Of a DNA stretch of 64,000 bases, positions 23,393 to 33,693 are shown in pieces. Both the position numbers and the translations under genes were made by a program. The stretch is taken from the IMG/VR virus record IMGVR_UViG_3300032038_000011, positions 32,001 through 96,000 of that record, one strand, 5' to 3'. Position 1 is the first letter of the stretch. Each line of letters starts with the position of its first letter. This stretch comes from a virus (Duplodnaviria; Caudoviricetes). The notes beneath the pieces are model-generated. The model was not told the origin of the DNA and searched no databases. It saw only the letters and a program-made list of their open reading frames with translations.

Positions 23393-24634
23393 CTACCTTT
23401 TAGAAATTATATGTCCATAATAAGCACCAGTTCCAACTTGTTCGATATTATAATTTTTAGAAATATCTTTTTTAAAAGAAGTCCATTTCTTAGGATAACC
23501 AATTTCTTGAATTAATTGTTCTTTATCTTCCTTTCCTAATTTACGGTTTAAATAATTATCTGGTATAATCCATTGAGTGTTTGCTATATCAGCTCTTACA
23601 GCTTGTTTTCTATTTAAACGTTTTTCATTAGCAGCCAATTGACTGTTATAATTATATTGTACTTGCCAATCTCCACGTTTTCTACCTGGGAATTGAATTT
23701 GTATATCCTTATTCCCACTATGTACAATTACAATTTGTACATTGTCGTCAATTAAATTCCAGCCTGTAGCATATGCTTCTGTGAGTATTATATCATCTAT
23801 GTCATCTGGATACTTATGATTATGTTGCAAGTGATTGACAATGTCTAACTGATTATTTGTCATTGGCTTTAAGGCTCGTCTAGACCATAAACAAACAACT
23901 TTACGTCCTGTATTTTCTTGAATTTCGCGCGCAAATTGTTCACCTTGTTCTATTGTAGGAACAAATATTAAACGTTTGACTTCTGGATTTGCGCGAAGTA
24001 GGACGTGAATATCTGAGTACTCATATTTCTGAAATACTTCATAGGCTATTAGCTGTTCTTGAATTTGAATTTCATTTATATATGATTTTAAACGTGCCCA
24101 TTTTTCTAAGTTATCCGCGGTTGCCGTTAAGCCAAACCACCACACTCCTTTCAGCTCTGCCCAGTGAAGTAAAGTGTCTATGGCTATATAGGAAAATGAT
24201 TCTTGTGAAAGTATAAGACAAATAACTTCTCGTGAGCTTTCTGGATTGCGCTTCCATATATTAGCTTCGTCTATTCTCACATACTTGATTAAATTATGAA
24301 TTTCGTCACAGCATATATAATCAAACATTTCAGCTACCAGTTCTCCACGCTTAACCATTGCGCCAAATTTTTGATAGTTTAATATATAGGGCTTATCCAG
24401 CTTCTCGCCCCACATTTGACATTCTTCGAGGGCTATTTTCTCTTCCTCACCCATTGTTGTGTCAATTAAAATAAGGCATCGCTGCGGCGCGACACCCAAT
24501 TGTTTTGGTATAGTATTTATTGCCGCTGTGGTTTTACCTTGACCAGTTTGCGCGACAATTAGGTTCAAACGCCCGCGCTCGTAATTTGGGCACTCTAAAT
24601 CAAGTGCTTCGGATAAATGTAATCCTTCTCTCAT
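23393..24634 (-). CDS. superfamily 2 helicase-like protein
   Basis: AQTGQGKTT Walker A, CDEIH Walker B, LTAT motif III, Q.PGR.R motif VI. Confidence 0.8.
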   Translation of the reverse strand: MREGLHLSEALDLECPNYERGRLNLIVAQTGQGKTTAAINTIPKQLGVAPQRCLILIDTTMGEEEKIALEECQMWGEKLDKPYILNYQKFGAMVKRGELVAEMFDYICCDEIHNLIKYVRIDEANIWKRNPESSREVICLILSQESFSYIAIDTLLHWAELKGVWWFGLTATADNLEKWARLKSYINEIQIQEQLIAYEVFQKYEYSDIHVLLRANPEVKRLIFVPTIEQGEQFAREIQENTGRKVVCLWSRRALKPMTNNQLDIVNHLQHNHKYPDDIDDIILTEAYATGWNLIDDNVQIVIVHSGNKDIQIQFPGRKRGDWQVQYNYNSQLAANEKRLNRKQAVRADIANTQWIIPDNYLNRKLGKEDKEQLIQEIGYPKKWTSFKKDISKNYNIEQVGTGAYYGHIISKR

Positions 24635-25006
24635 TTTTTTACACTCCTTTTTTGAAATTTTCTTTCAAAATTAAGGTATTTTTATTTATTTTTAAATTAT
24701 TTTAAATTATTTTATCAAATTTCCAGCTTTTTTCTTGTTGACTATGAGAAAAATTTCCAGCTCCTTTTCCAGCTTATTTCCAGCTCCTTACGGGGAAAAT
24801 ATGCGCGCGAAAACTCAGCTTGAACACACAACTTCCCTCCCCTCTTTCTAATACTATTATAACATAATTTTATATCCAAGTCAAGAAGTAGGTTTTAGTA
24901 TGGTAGCACTTTACTATGGTACTATGGTACCACTTTACCAGGGTGAAGTATTGTTAGGGGTTTGTAAATTAGAATGGCCGTTTAGTCTAATTTACGTAGG
25001 TTTAAC

Positions 25007-25035
25007 TTGACTTCTTGCGTGGTCTGTGCTATACT
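25007..25035 (+). promoter_or_regulatory. sigma-A-type promoter (representative of the cassette promoters)
   Basis: TTGACT-N17-TATACT with extended TG; -35 lies 10 bp from the core site, as in most units. Confidence 0.85.
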
Positions 25036-25065
25036 TATATCATCAAATGAAAGGAGATTTCAGAT

Positions 25066-25281
25066 ATGCCTTATAAGATGATTAAATGCCCGAAGTGTGG
25101 AGTTGAGGGAAGTTTTGAGATTGTCGCGGATTCTGCGCTTGGTTGGAACTATAACTATAATTGTTATAGTAAGATAGTTTTCTGTACTTGTCAGAATTGT
25201 AATACTTCCTTCTCTGCGGAAGAACTTTACGACATTATCGGATATGATGAAGATAGTGTTAAGATTGTGGAGGTAGTATAA
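25066..25281 (+). CDS. small zinc-ribbon protein
   Basis: CPKC...CQNC; AAAGGAG RBS. Confidence 0.65.
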   Translation: MPYKMIKCPKCGVEGSFEIVADSALGWNYNYNCYSKIVFCTCQNCNTSFSAEELYDIIGYDEDSVKIVEVV

Positions 25282-25282
25282 T

Positions 25283-25663
25283 ATGCGAAAGAATCATACT
25301 CATCGTGGATTTTATGTTAATCTGAAAAAGAAAAAAGTTACTGGAACTCTTTTGAAGGGTCGGACAGGGAAAAATATGAGTGTCCTTAAAATATATGAAT
25401 ACCGAGATTTTTTGTGGTATCTACATTTTAATGAATTTCAAGAGTATGGTTTGTTACTTCCTATCTATAGACTTCGTAAAAATTTGAAGTATCGAAAACC
25501 TATTATTAAAAGATGGGAAAAAGAATCGCGACACTTAAAGTGTCGTTTTATTTTTGTGTTAATTAAATTGTACGTACACTCTATTTTACCATACTTTAAC
25601 TTGACATATTACATACTATCTGCTATAATTGATTTATCAAATGAAGGGAGCGCAAGCGAATGA
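25283..25663 (+). CDS. hypothetical protein whose frame runs through a terminator, a site and a promoter
   Basis: ORF track; 3' part overlaps the hairpin at ~25528-25555 and site 25557. Confidence 0.4.
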   Translation: MRKNHTHRGFYVNLKKKKVTGTLLKGRTGKNMSVLKIYEYRDFLWYLHFNEFQEYGLLLPIYRLRKNLKYRKPIIKRWEKESRHLKCRFIFVLIKLYVHSILPYFNLTYYILSAIIDLSNEGSASE

Positions 25664-26357
25664 TTAGTGGAATTTTAACGGATATTTTGGGATATATTCT
25701 GTTTACAAGTTTTATTTTTTGTTTCTTTGGCGGCTGTGTTTACCTAATTATATATGGTGTTCGGCAATATTTAGAAGAAGAAGATGGGTTCTTTATTTTC
25801 GCAACTGTTATAGGATGTGTTGGCGCTATGATTGTTATAATTATCGTCTTAAAAGCTTTTGGACTATAATTGGAGGATATGTAATATGAAGAAAATTAGT
25901 TATAATGATGCTGCTTATATTTGCCGCTACAAAGAAAAGCATTTTTTTGAGAAGTATTTTTGTAATCATTATATTTGGATGAATAATCCAAATGAAGGAA
26001 TAATAAAAAAAGATATGAAAATTTGGTTTTATATCTTAACATTTATTCCTATCTGTATTCTTCAATTTATTTGTCTCTTGTGGGATGGTGGTATAAAGCA
26101 TTTTGAGATTCCTTCTATTAACATAATGGCTTATAACGTCACCGGACTAACTTCTGATAATGATGATACCACTATGTTTGGTAGGTTTAAGCAAGTATAT
26201 AATAAATAGCGGCAAAACCGCTATTTTTTTAATTATATGTAAATTAGATGTCACGTGTAATCTAATTCACGCAATTTTAACTTGACTATTCTAACTTTAT
26301 ATGTTATACTTATTTCAACAGATGAAGGAAAACATCTCAAACCAGAAAGGCATTAGA

Positions 26358-27008
26358 ATGTTTAAGTATGAGTGGGAAATTCAGGAAGCAAACAAAGAGT
26401 ATCTCGAACAGAGACAAATGTGCTTGGATGCTTATCAATCCATAGCAGAATGGGTTGGAGAAAAAGAAATTCAAACCGAAGTTAAAGGCACTGATGAAAA
26501 TATGTGCCGTTATATAGCCTTTGGTGACGTTGAACCGGAAATAGACGGTTACGAAAAAGGAATACTTTCAATTAATGCTCGTGTAGCTATTAAAAAGTAT
26601 TATACTTTTATCGAAGGTCAAGGTTATATACGGACGAAAGAATCTAATTTCATTGACCGTAGCGATCGCGACAAGTTCGAGAAAAATAATATTGAATATC
26701 CTAAAACTTGCGGTCTTTACATGATAGGGCAGACGTTTGTTAATCCTATCACTAATGAAAAGTTTTATTGGATTAAGGTTGGAGAAGCGCAAAATCTGGC
26801 ACGTCGTAGACATGATTACAATTCTATGACCGCTATGATTTGGGATATTGGATATTATACTAAAGATGATTTGACTGAATCTGAATGTCACGATAAATTG
26901 AAAGATATTGCCCTTCATCGTCATGCGGACGAATGGTTTTCTGTATCGCGCGAAAACTATTTGAAAATTTGCGAACAGGGCTTTGAATGGTTCAAAGAGG
27001 ATGAATAA
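26358..27008 (+). CDS. protein with C-terminal T5orf172/GIY-YIG-like domain
   Basis: GLYMIG...IKVGEAQNLARR...E..CH..L....DEWF; start reassigned after the CCAGAAAGG leader. Confidence 0.65.
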   Translation: MFKYEWEIQEANKEYLEQRQMCLDAYQSIAEWVGEKEIQTEVKGTDENMCRYIAFGDVEPEIDGYEKGILSINARVAIKKYYTFIEGQGYIRTKESNFIDRSDRDKFEKNNIEYPKTCGLYMIGQTFVNPITNEKFYWIKVGEAQNLARRRHDYNSMTAMIWDIGYYTKDDLTESECHDKLKDIALHRHADEWFSVSRENYLKICEQGFEWFKEDE

Positions 27009-27089
27009 TCCTCTTTTTTAATTTAGTGTAAATTAGACTATACGTATTGTTTAATTTACATTCGCTTAAAATTAAGGCGCTTTCGCGCC

Positions 27090-27269
27090 TTAATCTTTCA
27101 TTTCCTGAATATCTTCATCCCTTGTGTAAACAAGAACTTCCGTCCATCCCCAAGTTTTATTGCATTTAGGGCAAGTTCCATAACCAATATCATAATATGC
27201 GTGATTATGGTATTCGGTATCTACTACATCCTCAAAAGTAACTGTTTCGCCGCAATTAGGACATTTCAA
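27090..27269 (-). CDS. small zinc-ribbon protein (not in ORF track)
   Basis: TTG start, MKCPNCGETV...GTCPKCNKTW...EMKD*, 59 aa; paralog of the adjacent gene. Confidence 0.6.
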   Translation of the reverse strand: MKCPNCGETVTFEDVVDTEYHNHAYYDIGYGTCPKCNKTWGWTEVLVYTRDEDIQEMKD

Positions 27270-27270
27270 A

Positions 27271-27459
27271 TTAATCGACTTCCTTTATATCAGTTTCGTC
27301 ACTATAGATATAATTGACTTCATTCTGATAGGTACGTCCGCAAGTGGGACAGTGCCAAGTGTTGAATTGCGTCATAGTGGATGAACCACCAAAGTCCTGA
27401 TAGGTTTCAATCTCAACAAGCTCAAGTTCAGTATCGCAATGAGGGCAAATGTAATCCAT
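27271..27459 (-). CDS. small zinc-ribbon protein
   Basis: CPHC...CPTC. Confidence 0.65.
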   Translation of the reverse strand: MDYICPHCDTELELVEIETYQDFGGSSTMTQFNTWHCPTCGRTYQNEVNYIYSDETDIKEVD

Positions 27460-28036
27460 AATTATATATATTCCTTTCTTAAATTTTAGCTATTCTATAA
27501 TCGGGGCAATCTTGTTTATGTAATTTACATAAACGGTTATATGCTTCTTCATAAGAAGGCCAAGCCCATTTATAATTATCATCCGCTGGCGTCCAAAAAC
27601 TTCCACACATATCAACCCAAAGGATTTGAATTTGATACATAAAATTGCTCCCCTTTCGTTTTCTTGAATATATTATAGCATGAGATGGAATGAAAGTCAA
27701 GTTAATTTTCTGATATTTTCTATTTTTTCTTCAATCTGATATGAAACATATAGTTCTTTTTCAGAACGTATTTTCTTAATATATGCTTCTGCCTCGTCTT
27801 TGGTGTCAAAAGTTGCTATCAAAGTGTAAGTATCGCGGAAACCTTGACCGCCATAAACAACCTTATACACATGGTAATACATATCGGCTATAATTCTCAT
27901 TGACTTTCTCCTTTGCTTTTCTTGAATATAGTATATCATAGAAATACTTTGAAGTCAAGTTAATTATTAATTAATTAAAATGTACGTACCATTTAATTTA
28001 CATTTGCTTAAAAAGAAAAGGGCTTACGCCCTTTTC

Positions 28037-28438
28037 TTAACAGTGAGGACAATGAAGGCAATCATCACGGCATCCATAACAATAATCATCATCATCATAG
28101 TCATCATCATAGTCATCATCATCGTCGTCCTCGTCGTCCCAATCGTCGTCCTCGTCCTCGTCGTCATCCCAATAATCCTCGTCCTCGTCATAATCGACGG
28201 TCAGAAGGTCAGGATTCAGAGGACAACCATTGAGATTAACCATATAGCCCTCGTCATTTGCCGCGTCAATCGCGGAAATGATGTCGGTCAGAAGGCGGTC
28301 AGAATCAGCCTTGCGGGAATTGCGAATCGCATCATCCACCGCGTCACGCAGGGCAACCAGGGTCTTGATAGGCATATCAGTCAGAACCACGCCGCCGTTG
28401 ATGGAAGTGCCGCACTTGATGTTAGAGTTCATATTCAT
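28037..28438 (-). CDS. protein with very acidic C-terminal tract and Cys-rich end
   Basis: About 35-residue D/E-rich run followed by CYGCRDDCLHCPHC. Confidence 0.7.
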   Translation of the reverse strand: MNMNSNIKCGTSINGGVVLTDMPIKTLVALRDAVDDAIRNSRKADSDRLLTDIISAIDAANDEGYMVNLNGCPLNPDLLTVDYDEDEDYWDDDEDEDDDWDDEDDDDDDYDDDYDDDDYCYGCRDDCLHCPHC

Positions 28439-28826
28439 ATTGAATCCTTTCTCACTTGGGTTTGTTAAGTGTTTTCCTTCACTTGATGTTATTATTATAT
28501 CAGATGGAGTGGAGTTTGTCAAGTTAAGAGTTTGTTACTGTCTGCTTACCCACGCGGTAAGCATATCTACCGCGCAGCCAAAACCAACTGGAATTGCCCA
28601 TACCGCCCAATGATGGGGAACTTTACCCATCGTCCAAAGAATGAACACAATCGCACCAGTTACCTTAAACAAATTGATGTTTCTTGCTTGCATCTTAAAT
28701 TTCCTTTGGTTTGAAGTGTTGTCCTTCACTTGATGTATATATTATAGCATGGGTTTGGCTATTTGTCAAATTAAGAGTTGGTAAATTAAAATTGACGTAT
28801 GCTTTAATTAAATAGCACTTAACGTG

Positions 28827-29255
28827 CTACTTAATAAAGGTATCAATATCTGTTACTATTCGCGCGGAAACATAATGTTTCTTACAAGTTAAGGTTTCAT
28901 AGAAAGCCATATCTTTTTCATAGTTCTTATCAAAATCTAATATGGCATTCATGTTAGCTTGTATGGGATTAATATTGTATCTAAACTCCAAACGATTACG
29001 CCATGCTTTTGCGTTCTGTTCGGGAATGAGAAGTTCAAATTCAATATTCTGCTCCATAAGTCGGTTAATAACTGCTTGATGCGCGGAAATAAAGACATTG
29101 TATCCCGCAACACTAAGGTTATGAGCTAAAGCAACATAAAGATATTCCCATTTGTCTTTCTTGACAAAGTTAGAAGAATCTAAATCTATGGTAGTGTCAG
29201 GATTGTTACGACAATAGGTAGACTTTCCACAACCTTGATAGCCACAATAAATCAT
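28827..29255 (-). CDS. small P-loop kinase-like protein
   Basis: GYQGCGKST Walker A followed by IDLDSS. Confidence 0.7.
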   Translation of the reverse strand: MIYCGYQGCGKSTYCRNNPDTTIDLDSSNFVKKDKWEYLYVALAHNLSVAGYNVFISAHQAVINRLMEQNIEFELLIPEQNAKAWRNRLEFRYNINPIQANMNAILDFDKNYEKDMAFYETLTCKKHYVSARIVTDIDTFIK

Positions 29256-29373
29256 ACAATATCGCCCCTTTCATTATCTATTATACACATTTAGGGGCAA
29301 ATTGTCAAGTTAAACTTATGTAAATTAGAATCTACGTTAGGTGTAATTTACATAAACTTAAAAAGAAGGAGGA

Positions 29374-29733
29374 TTACTCCTCCTCCTTCTCCTTGGCTTC
29401 CTTTTCGGCCTTGGCCTTGGCCTTTTCGCGCTTGGCCTTGTCCTTAGCGGCCTTTTCGGCACGCTCGGCGGCCTTCGCGGCCTTCTTAGCCTGCTTGTCC
29501 TCATAGTCCGCAATCTCAGCGGCCATGAGTTCGGCGGCGGTCATGTCCTCGCGTTCCTCGGCCACGATGACGCCGATGCGGGCGTAGCGTTCCACGCCGT
29601 TGGAATCGGTCACAAGGCAACCGTACTGGCGGTCGTTAATCTTGTGAATACCTTCGACCTCGGAAATGTGCAGGGTGTTGAAGATAACGGTGCGGATGTT
29701 GGAATCGACAAGAGCCTTAGAAATCTTCGCCAT
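29374..29733 (-). CDS. protein with Lys/Ala-rich tail (paralog family)
   Basis: KKAAKAAERAEKAAKDKAK tail; similar to 34020-34322 and 34840-35295. Confidence 0.7.
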   Translation of the reverse strand: MAKISKALVDSNIRTVIFNTLHISEVEGIHKINDRQYGCLVTDSNGVERYARIGVIVAEEREDMTAAELMAAEIADYEDKQAKKAAKAAERAEKAAKDKAKREKAKAKAEKEAKEKEEE

Positions 29734-29826
29734 AGTAGGAAAATCCTTTCTGGTTTTTTAGTGTTTTCCTTCACTTGATGTATTCATTATAGCACGTTGT
29801 GTGCCTAATGTCAAGTTAAAAGTTTG

Positions 29827-29903
29827 TTACAAGAGCGTGGGTCTTACTGCGAATTTCGCGTAGCGCTCCGCGGTTATCGGCTTACTGCCCTCGCCCTTGG
29901 AAC
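29827..29903 (-). ncRNA. candidate ~75-nt structured RNA
   Basis: Own promoter and no ORF; closing stem CAAGGGCG/CGCTCTTG plus GGG/CCC; CAGTAAG occurs twice. Confidence 0.45.
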
Positions 29904-30018
29904 AATTATATTATAGCAGAAAATCCCACATAAGTCAAGTTAAAACATAGTAAATTACATTTGACGTTCTATCTAATTTACACTTGCTTAACAAGAAAAG
30001 ACCCTTGCGGGTCTTAAC

Positions 30019-31038
30019 TTAATATTTACAATCCAGTCCGGCATATTCGGCAAGCCGCCTCATGCGATTGACTAATCCTACGCAATAGGTAGACAAGGCT
30101 TTTTCCTGCTCTGCTGCTTCATCCTGTTTTGCGTCAACATAGCAAGCCATAGCATAATAAACGGTTTCACATTCGCGCTTGTCTGCCTTTTTCCTTCTCA
30201 TACAAAATTCATCAGTAGCGCCCAAGTCACGAAAAGGGAAAAACTTAATGCCTGGCGTTATGGCGTGGCGCTGTGCTATCTTGTGAAGTATGTAAGATTC
30301 AATGATAGCATCGTCAAGCGCGGTATGGCTTTCTTCAAAGTCGTATACATCGCAAAGGTATCTAAAAGTCGATTCGGCGGAAGTTTTGAAAAATGTTCCC
30401 GAATTAGTCAAAAGGCCATTTTCCAAACACTTGTTTTTATAGTTCACATTGTTTAACAAATGCGTTGTGGCAAGTCCCCACAAATCAAACATGGAATAAG
30501 TGTTGCCACGAAAACGAAAAATTTCCGCTTCAAAGTCGGGGTTACGCTGGTTTTTTTCGCCTTCCGCAATTCGCGCCGCACTTGCGCGTTGTATCTGTTC
30601 CCATTCATTATAGTTAGGACTATACAATTCCCGAATGTAAAGTTCAGTAAAAGGAATAGCCTTTTTGAAGTCGAACATTGCGTTAAATGCGCCGATTCCA
30701 TCCACCGAGGACATATCAGAAATGAAAATTTCCATAACTTCATCCCACGGTTTTATGCTGGTTTCGCCCTCTTTAAGCATATTAAGGTAAATCGGGCGTT
30801 TTTCCGCATAATACGCGGTATTGAAAATGGCAGGAACGGCGAAAGTTTCCGCAATCAGAAATTGCTTGCGCTCATAGATATTTCCTGCGCGGTCACAGAT
30901 AGTCCAGCCAATGTCATAAATCAAAGGTTTGGCAATGGCTATGCGCTTTTTGCGCTCAGGGTCGCCATTTGTGATTTCATCCGCAAAGGGCAAAGTTGCC
31001 GTTTCCGTATCGACTACCATAAATTTCAATTTCTTCAT
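30019..31038 (-). CDS. DEDDh 3'-5' exonuclease
   Basis: VVDTETA, AFNAMFD and HTALDDAIIE motifs. Confidence 0.85.
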   Translation of the reverse strand: MKKLKFMVVDTETATLPFADEITNGDPERKKRIAIAKPLIYDIGWTICDRAGNIYERKQFLIAETFAVPAIFNTAYYAEKRPIYLNMLKEGETSIKPWDEVMEIFISDMSSVDGIGAFNAMFDFKKAIPFTELYIRELYSPNYNEWEQIQRASAARIAEGEKNQRNPDFEAEIFRFRGNTYSMFDLWGLATTHLLNNVNYKNKCLENGLLTNSGTFFKTSAESTFRYLCDVYDFEESHTALDDAIIESYILHKIAQRHAITPGIKFFPFRDLGATDEFCMRRKKADKRECETVYYAMACYVDAKQDEAAEQEKALSTYCVGLVNRMRRLAEYAGLDCKY

Positions 31039-31189
31039 AAAAAGCCCTTTCTGGTTTGTCGTTGTTTTCCTTCAACTGTAAGTATATTATAGCACACCCA
31101 CCGTAGAATTGCAAGTTAAACTTTTGTAAATTAGACCTAACGTTCTATCTAATTTACATTAGCTTAAAAAAGAAATTAACCCTTGCGGG

Positions 31190-32236
31190 TTAATTCTTTT
31201 CGCGGATTGAATTAAGATGCTGCTGGTATTCCTTTTTGAAATTCTTTGCCGCTTCGTCCTTCGGCGTTGAATTACCAAAGGCAAGATACTGATAAATAAG
31301 ACCGTTGTTAGTAACTTCACAAGTTATATAAGACTTATCGGGGTCGTTTTTAAGGCGAACGGTTACAACGTGGGTATGGCCTTTATAAACCTTTTCCATA
31401 TACAGACGTTCAACGCAATTCCTTTGCGCTTCGCCCTCTTTGTGGAAATCCTCTTTTGTCAACAAGGGCTTGACAACAAAAGTATCATTTTCATAATAAA
31501 GCCATTCTTTATCATTATACTTTGCCAGTTCTTCGTTATAATGCGCATCCCTATATTCTTTTTCAAGATATTTAAGAACGGCATATTTAGTCAAAAAGTT
31601 CTTTTCGACTTCTACTTTACCAAACATTTTCATAGAAGTCTTGTAATACCAAGCTAACATATCCCTAATATAGCTTGCCTGATTATAACCTTCATACATT
31701 GCTTCCATGTGTTCACTAATAACACGATTCAAAGCAGTTTTAATATAATCAACAGGGAAATCAGCATTAAGCAAGGAAGAAAAAACTTCTTTCGCCCAAT
31801 CAGGCAAAGTATTAACGTACTGTTCATACTGTATCATGATAAGATACTTGTTAATTCTATAAGCATCATAATAATCATTGCAGTTTTCCTTAACATAATC
31901 TACAACCTTTTTAGTAAGGTTAAGTTTATTGTTAAGAGTTTCGGGTTCACTCGGAAACAGGCCCAAGCTCAAAAGCTGCTCAAAACGCGCGCCCTTTTCT
32001 TCATTATAAGCGGGGTCGTAAGAATGGGTAAACCTATTGCGATACCAATAAATGGCATAGCCCAACAAACCTTCCCTACGCCAAGTGGGCAAATTGTTAA
32101 AGGTAAAACACTTGGGAACACCCCTGACAGGCTTGCCAGACTTGCCGATAAACTGCCCGGTGGTAATATCCCACGCGCCGACCTTCAAAGAGCAATCATA
32201 AGCTACGATAAAATTACGTTCCTTAACAAAATTCAT
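31190..32236 (-). CDS. PcfJ-like domain protein
   Basis: C-terminal EGEAQRNCV..Y...YITCEV...Q....N motif. Confidence 0.7.
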   Translation of the reverse strand: MNFVKERNFIVAYDCSLKVGAWDITTGQFIGKSGKPVRGVPKCFTFNNLPTWRREGLLGYAIYWYRNRFTHSYDPAYNEEKGARFEQLLSLGLFPSEPETLNNKLNLTKKVVDYVKENCNDYYDAYRINKYLIMIQYEQYVNTLPDWAKEVFSSLLNADFPVDYIKTALNRVISEHMEAMYEGYNQASYIRDMLAWYYKTSMKMFGKVEVEKNFLTKYAVLKYLEKEYRDAHYNEELAKYNDKEWLYYENDTFVVKPLLTKEDFHKEGEAQRNCVERLYMEKVYKGHTHVVTVRLKNDPDKSYITCEVTNNGLIYQYLAFGNSTPKDEAAKNFKKEYQQHLNSIREKN

Positions 32237-32404
32237 TCTTAATCCCTTTCTGGTTTGTGTTGTTTTCCTTCAACTTTGTGAGTATATTATACACCCGATA
32301 TGGCTATTTGTCAATGCTTTTTTGTGTTAAGTATATATAAATTACACTATACGTTTAGTCTAATTAACATTCGCTAAAAGAAAAGCGCCCCGAAGGGCGC
32401 TGGA

Positions 32405-32749
32405 TTAGGTGCGGCGGGAGTAGGTGTTATTGCCGCCATTATCGGGGCGATGAACCTCAACCTCGTCCTGCCAGAGGTTAAGCATACCATACCGCATCTT
32501 GCTTGCGGTGAAGGTGTCGGGCATATCGGCACTGACGGCATCCCAAAGGTCCTTCACGGTCATCGGCTTGTCCCACGCGGCGCAAGCCATCAGGGCATCG
32601 TGCGCGGCGTTATACAGTTCAGTATTAGCCCGCGACTTTGCGGTGGTACGCTCCCACTCGGCGTTGACTTCATCACGAAGCACAGACAGGTCAACAGTGT
32701 TGTCGCCGTTCAGGTAGTTCTTCATCATCTCAAGAGTAGACTTCTTCAT
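32405..32749 (-). CDS. putative winged-helix protein
   Basis: KPMTVKDLW...TASKMRY pattern; own promoter and terminator. Confidence 0.5.
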   Translation of the reverse strand: MKKSTLEMMKNYLNGDNTVDLSVLRDEVNAEWERTTAKSRANTELYNAAHDALMACAAWDKPMTVKDLWDAVSADMPDTFTASKMRYGMLNLWQDEVEVHRPDNGGNNTYSRRT

Positions 32750-32841
32750 AGGGCATTAATTCCTTTCTCGTTTGTAGGGTGTCGTTCCCTTTGATGTATT
32801 TATTATAGCACTGATTGGCTATAATGTTAAGTTAAGAGTTC

Positions 32842-32959
32842 GTTAAAGGGGTTCGTGCGTTCCTCAAGGTTTAACCTTGCTTCTCTGTTTAACAGAGTGA
32901 CATACTATTGCGACTTTCAACCGCCGCCCCACGGGTCTGTGGCTCAGAACCCCTTTAAC
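32842..32959 (-). ncRNA. candidate 118-nt multibranched RNA
   Basis: Perfect 13-bp closing stem GTTAAAGGGGTTC/GAACCCCTTTAAC, four internal hairpins, directly downstream of TTGACA-N17-TATAAT. Confidence 0.6.
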
Positions 32960-33070
32960 ATCTTTATTATACCACGATTTCCAAACTTTGTCAAGTTAAG
33001 ATTTCGTGACGCCGTTTTTACGTGGGCTTTCTTATTAAAGTAGCACACCACTACAGGCAGCGGCCCTGTC

Positions 33071-33113
33071 TGGTGAGGGTGGCGGGAATCGAACCCGCGG
33101 TACCTTCGCCCTC
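33071..33113 (-). ncRNA. 43-nt tRNA minihelix (acceptor stem, T arm and CCA; no D or anticodon arm)
   Basis: GAGGGCG-AAGGTACC-GCGGG-TTCGATT-CCCGC-CACCCTC-A-CCA; promoter at 33125-33153. Confidence 0.6.
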
Positions 33114-33187
33114 TTGACAGTAACAGTATATCAAAAATTGAACTAAAAGTCAAGTAATTTTTATGTAAACTAAAATGTACGTGCGAT

Positions 33188-33610
33188 TTAATTAACAAAT
33201 AATTTATCAAATGAATAATCCTTAAAATATTTAGAATTATTATTTTGATTATTTAACGGTTCTCTAATTCTTAATCTAATTTGCTTTTTATCTCCAATAT
33301 CTTCTATTGGAACAATTGCGATTAAATCATAAGTTTGATTTACAAAAACGAAATAATCTACCTCTCCAATATAAGTAGATAAGTTTTTATTTGTGGTATG
33401 ATTTGTAGAACTACGAGTATAACAACAAATAGCACCATTTTGTTCTTCATTACAAGTTTTAACTTGTATTCTATTGAATTTACCATTAAATTCTGCTATC
33501 ATATCATAGCGTTCATTATCTCCCCAAGGAATACAAACAGGAATATTATATTTTTGAAATTCATATAGTGCTTTTGCTTCCGATAATTGGCCTTTTGTTT
33601 TAGTATTCAT
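33188..33610 (-). CDS. PD-(D/E)XK endonuclease, I-Ssp6803I-like (group I intron-associated family)
   Basis: G..SE.KA......IPWGDNERYDMI.......RIQVKT and Y...VDYF motifs. Confidence 0.8.
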   Translation of the reverse strand: MNTKTKGQLSEAKALYEFQKYNIPVCIPWGDNERYDMIAEFNGKFNRIQVKTCNEEQNGAICCYTRSSTNHTTNKNLSTYIGEVDYFVFVNQTYDLIAIVPIEDIGDKKQIRLRIREPLNNQNNNSKYFKDYSFDKLFVN

Positions 33611-33693
33611 ATTATCACTCCTATGATAAATAAAATTAAGGGCTGGCGTAGGAGCGCCTTATCTCATTAGTCGCGAACTAATGCTACCCCTGA

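Noticed and set aside
27980-28613. Hydrophobic Ile/Val-rich plus-strand ORFs
   Set aside because: Antisense shadows of the acidic-protein gene; no RBS or promoter.
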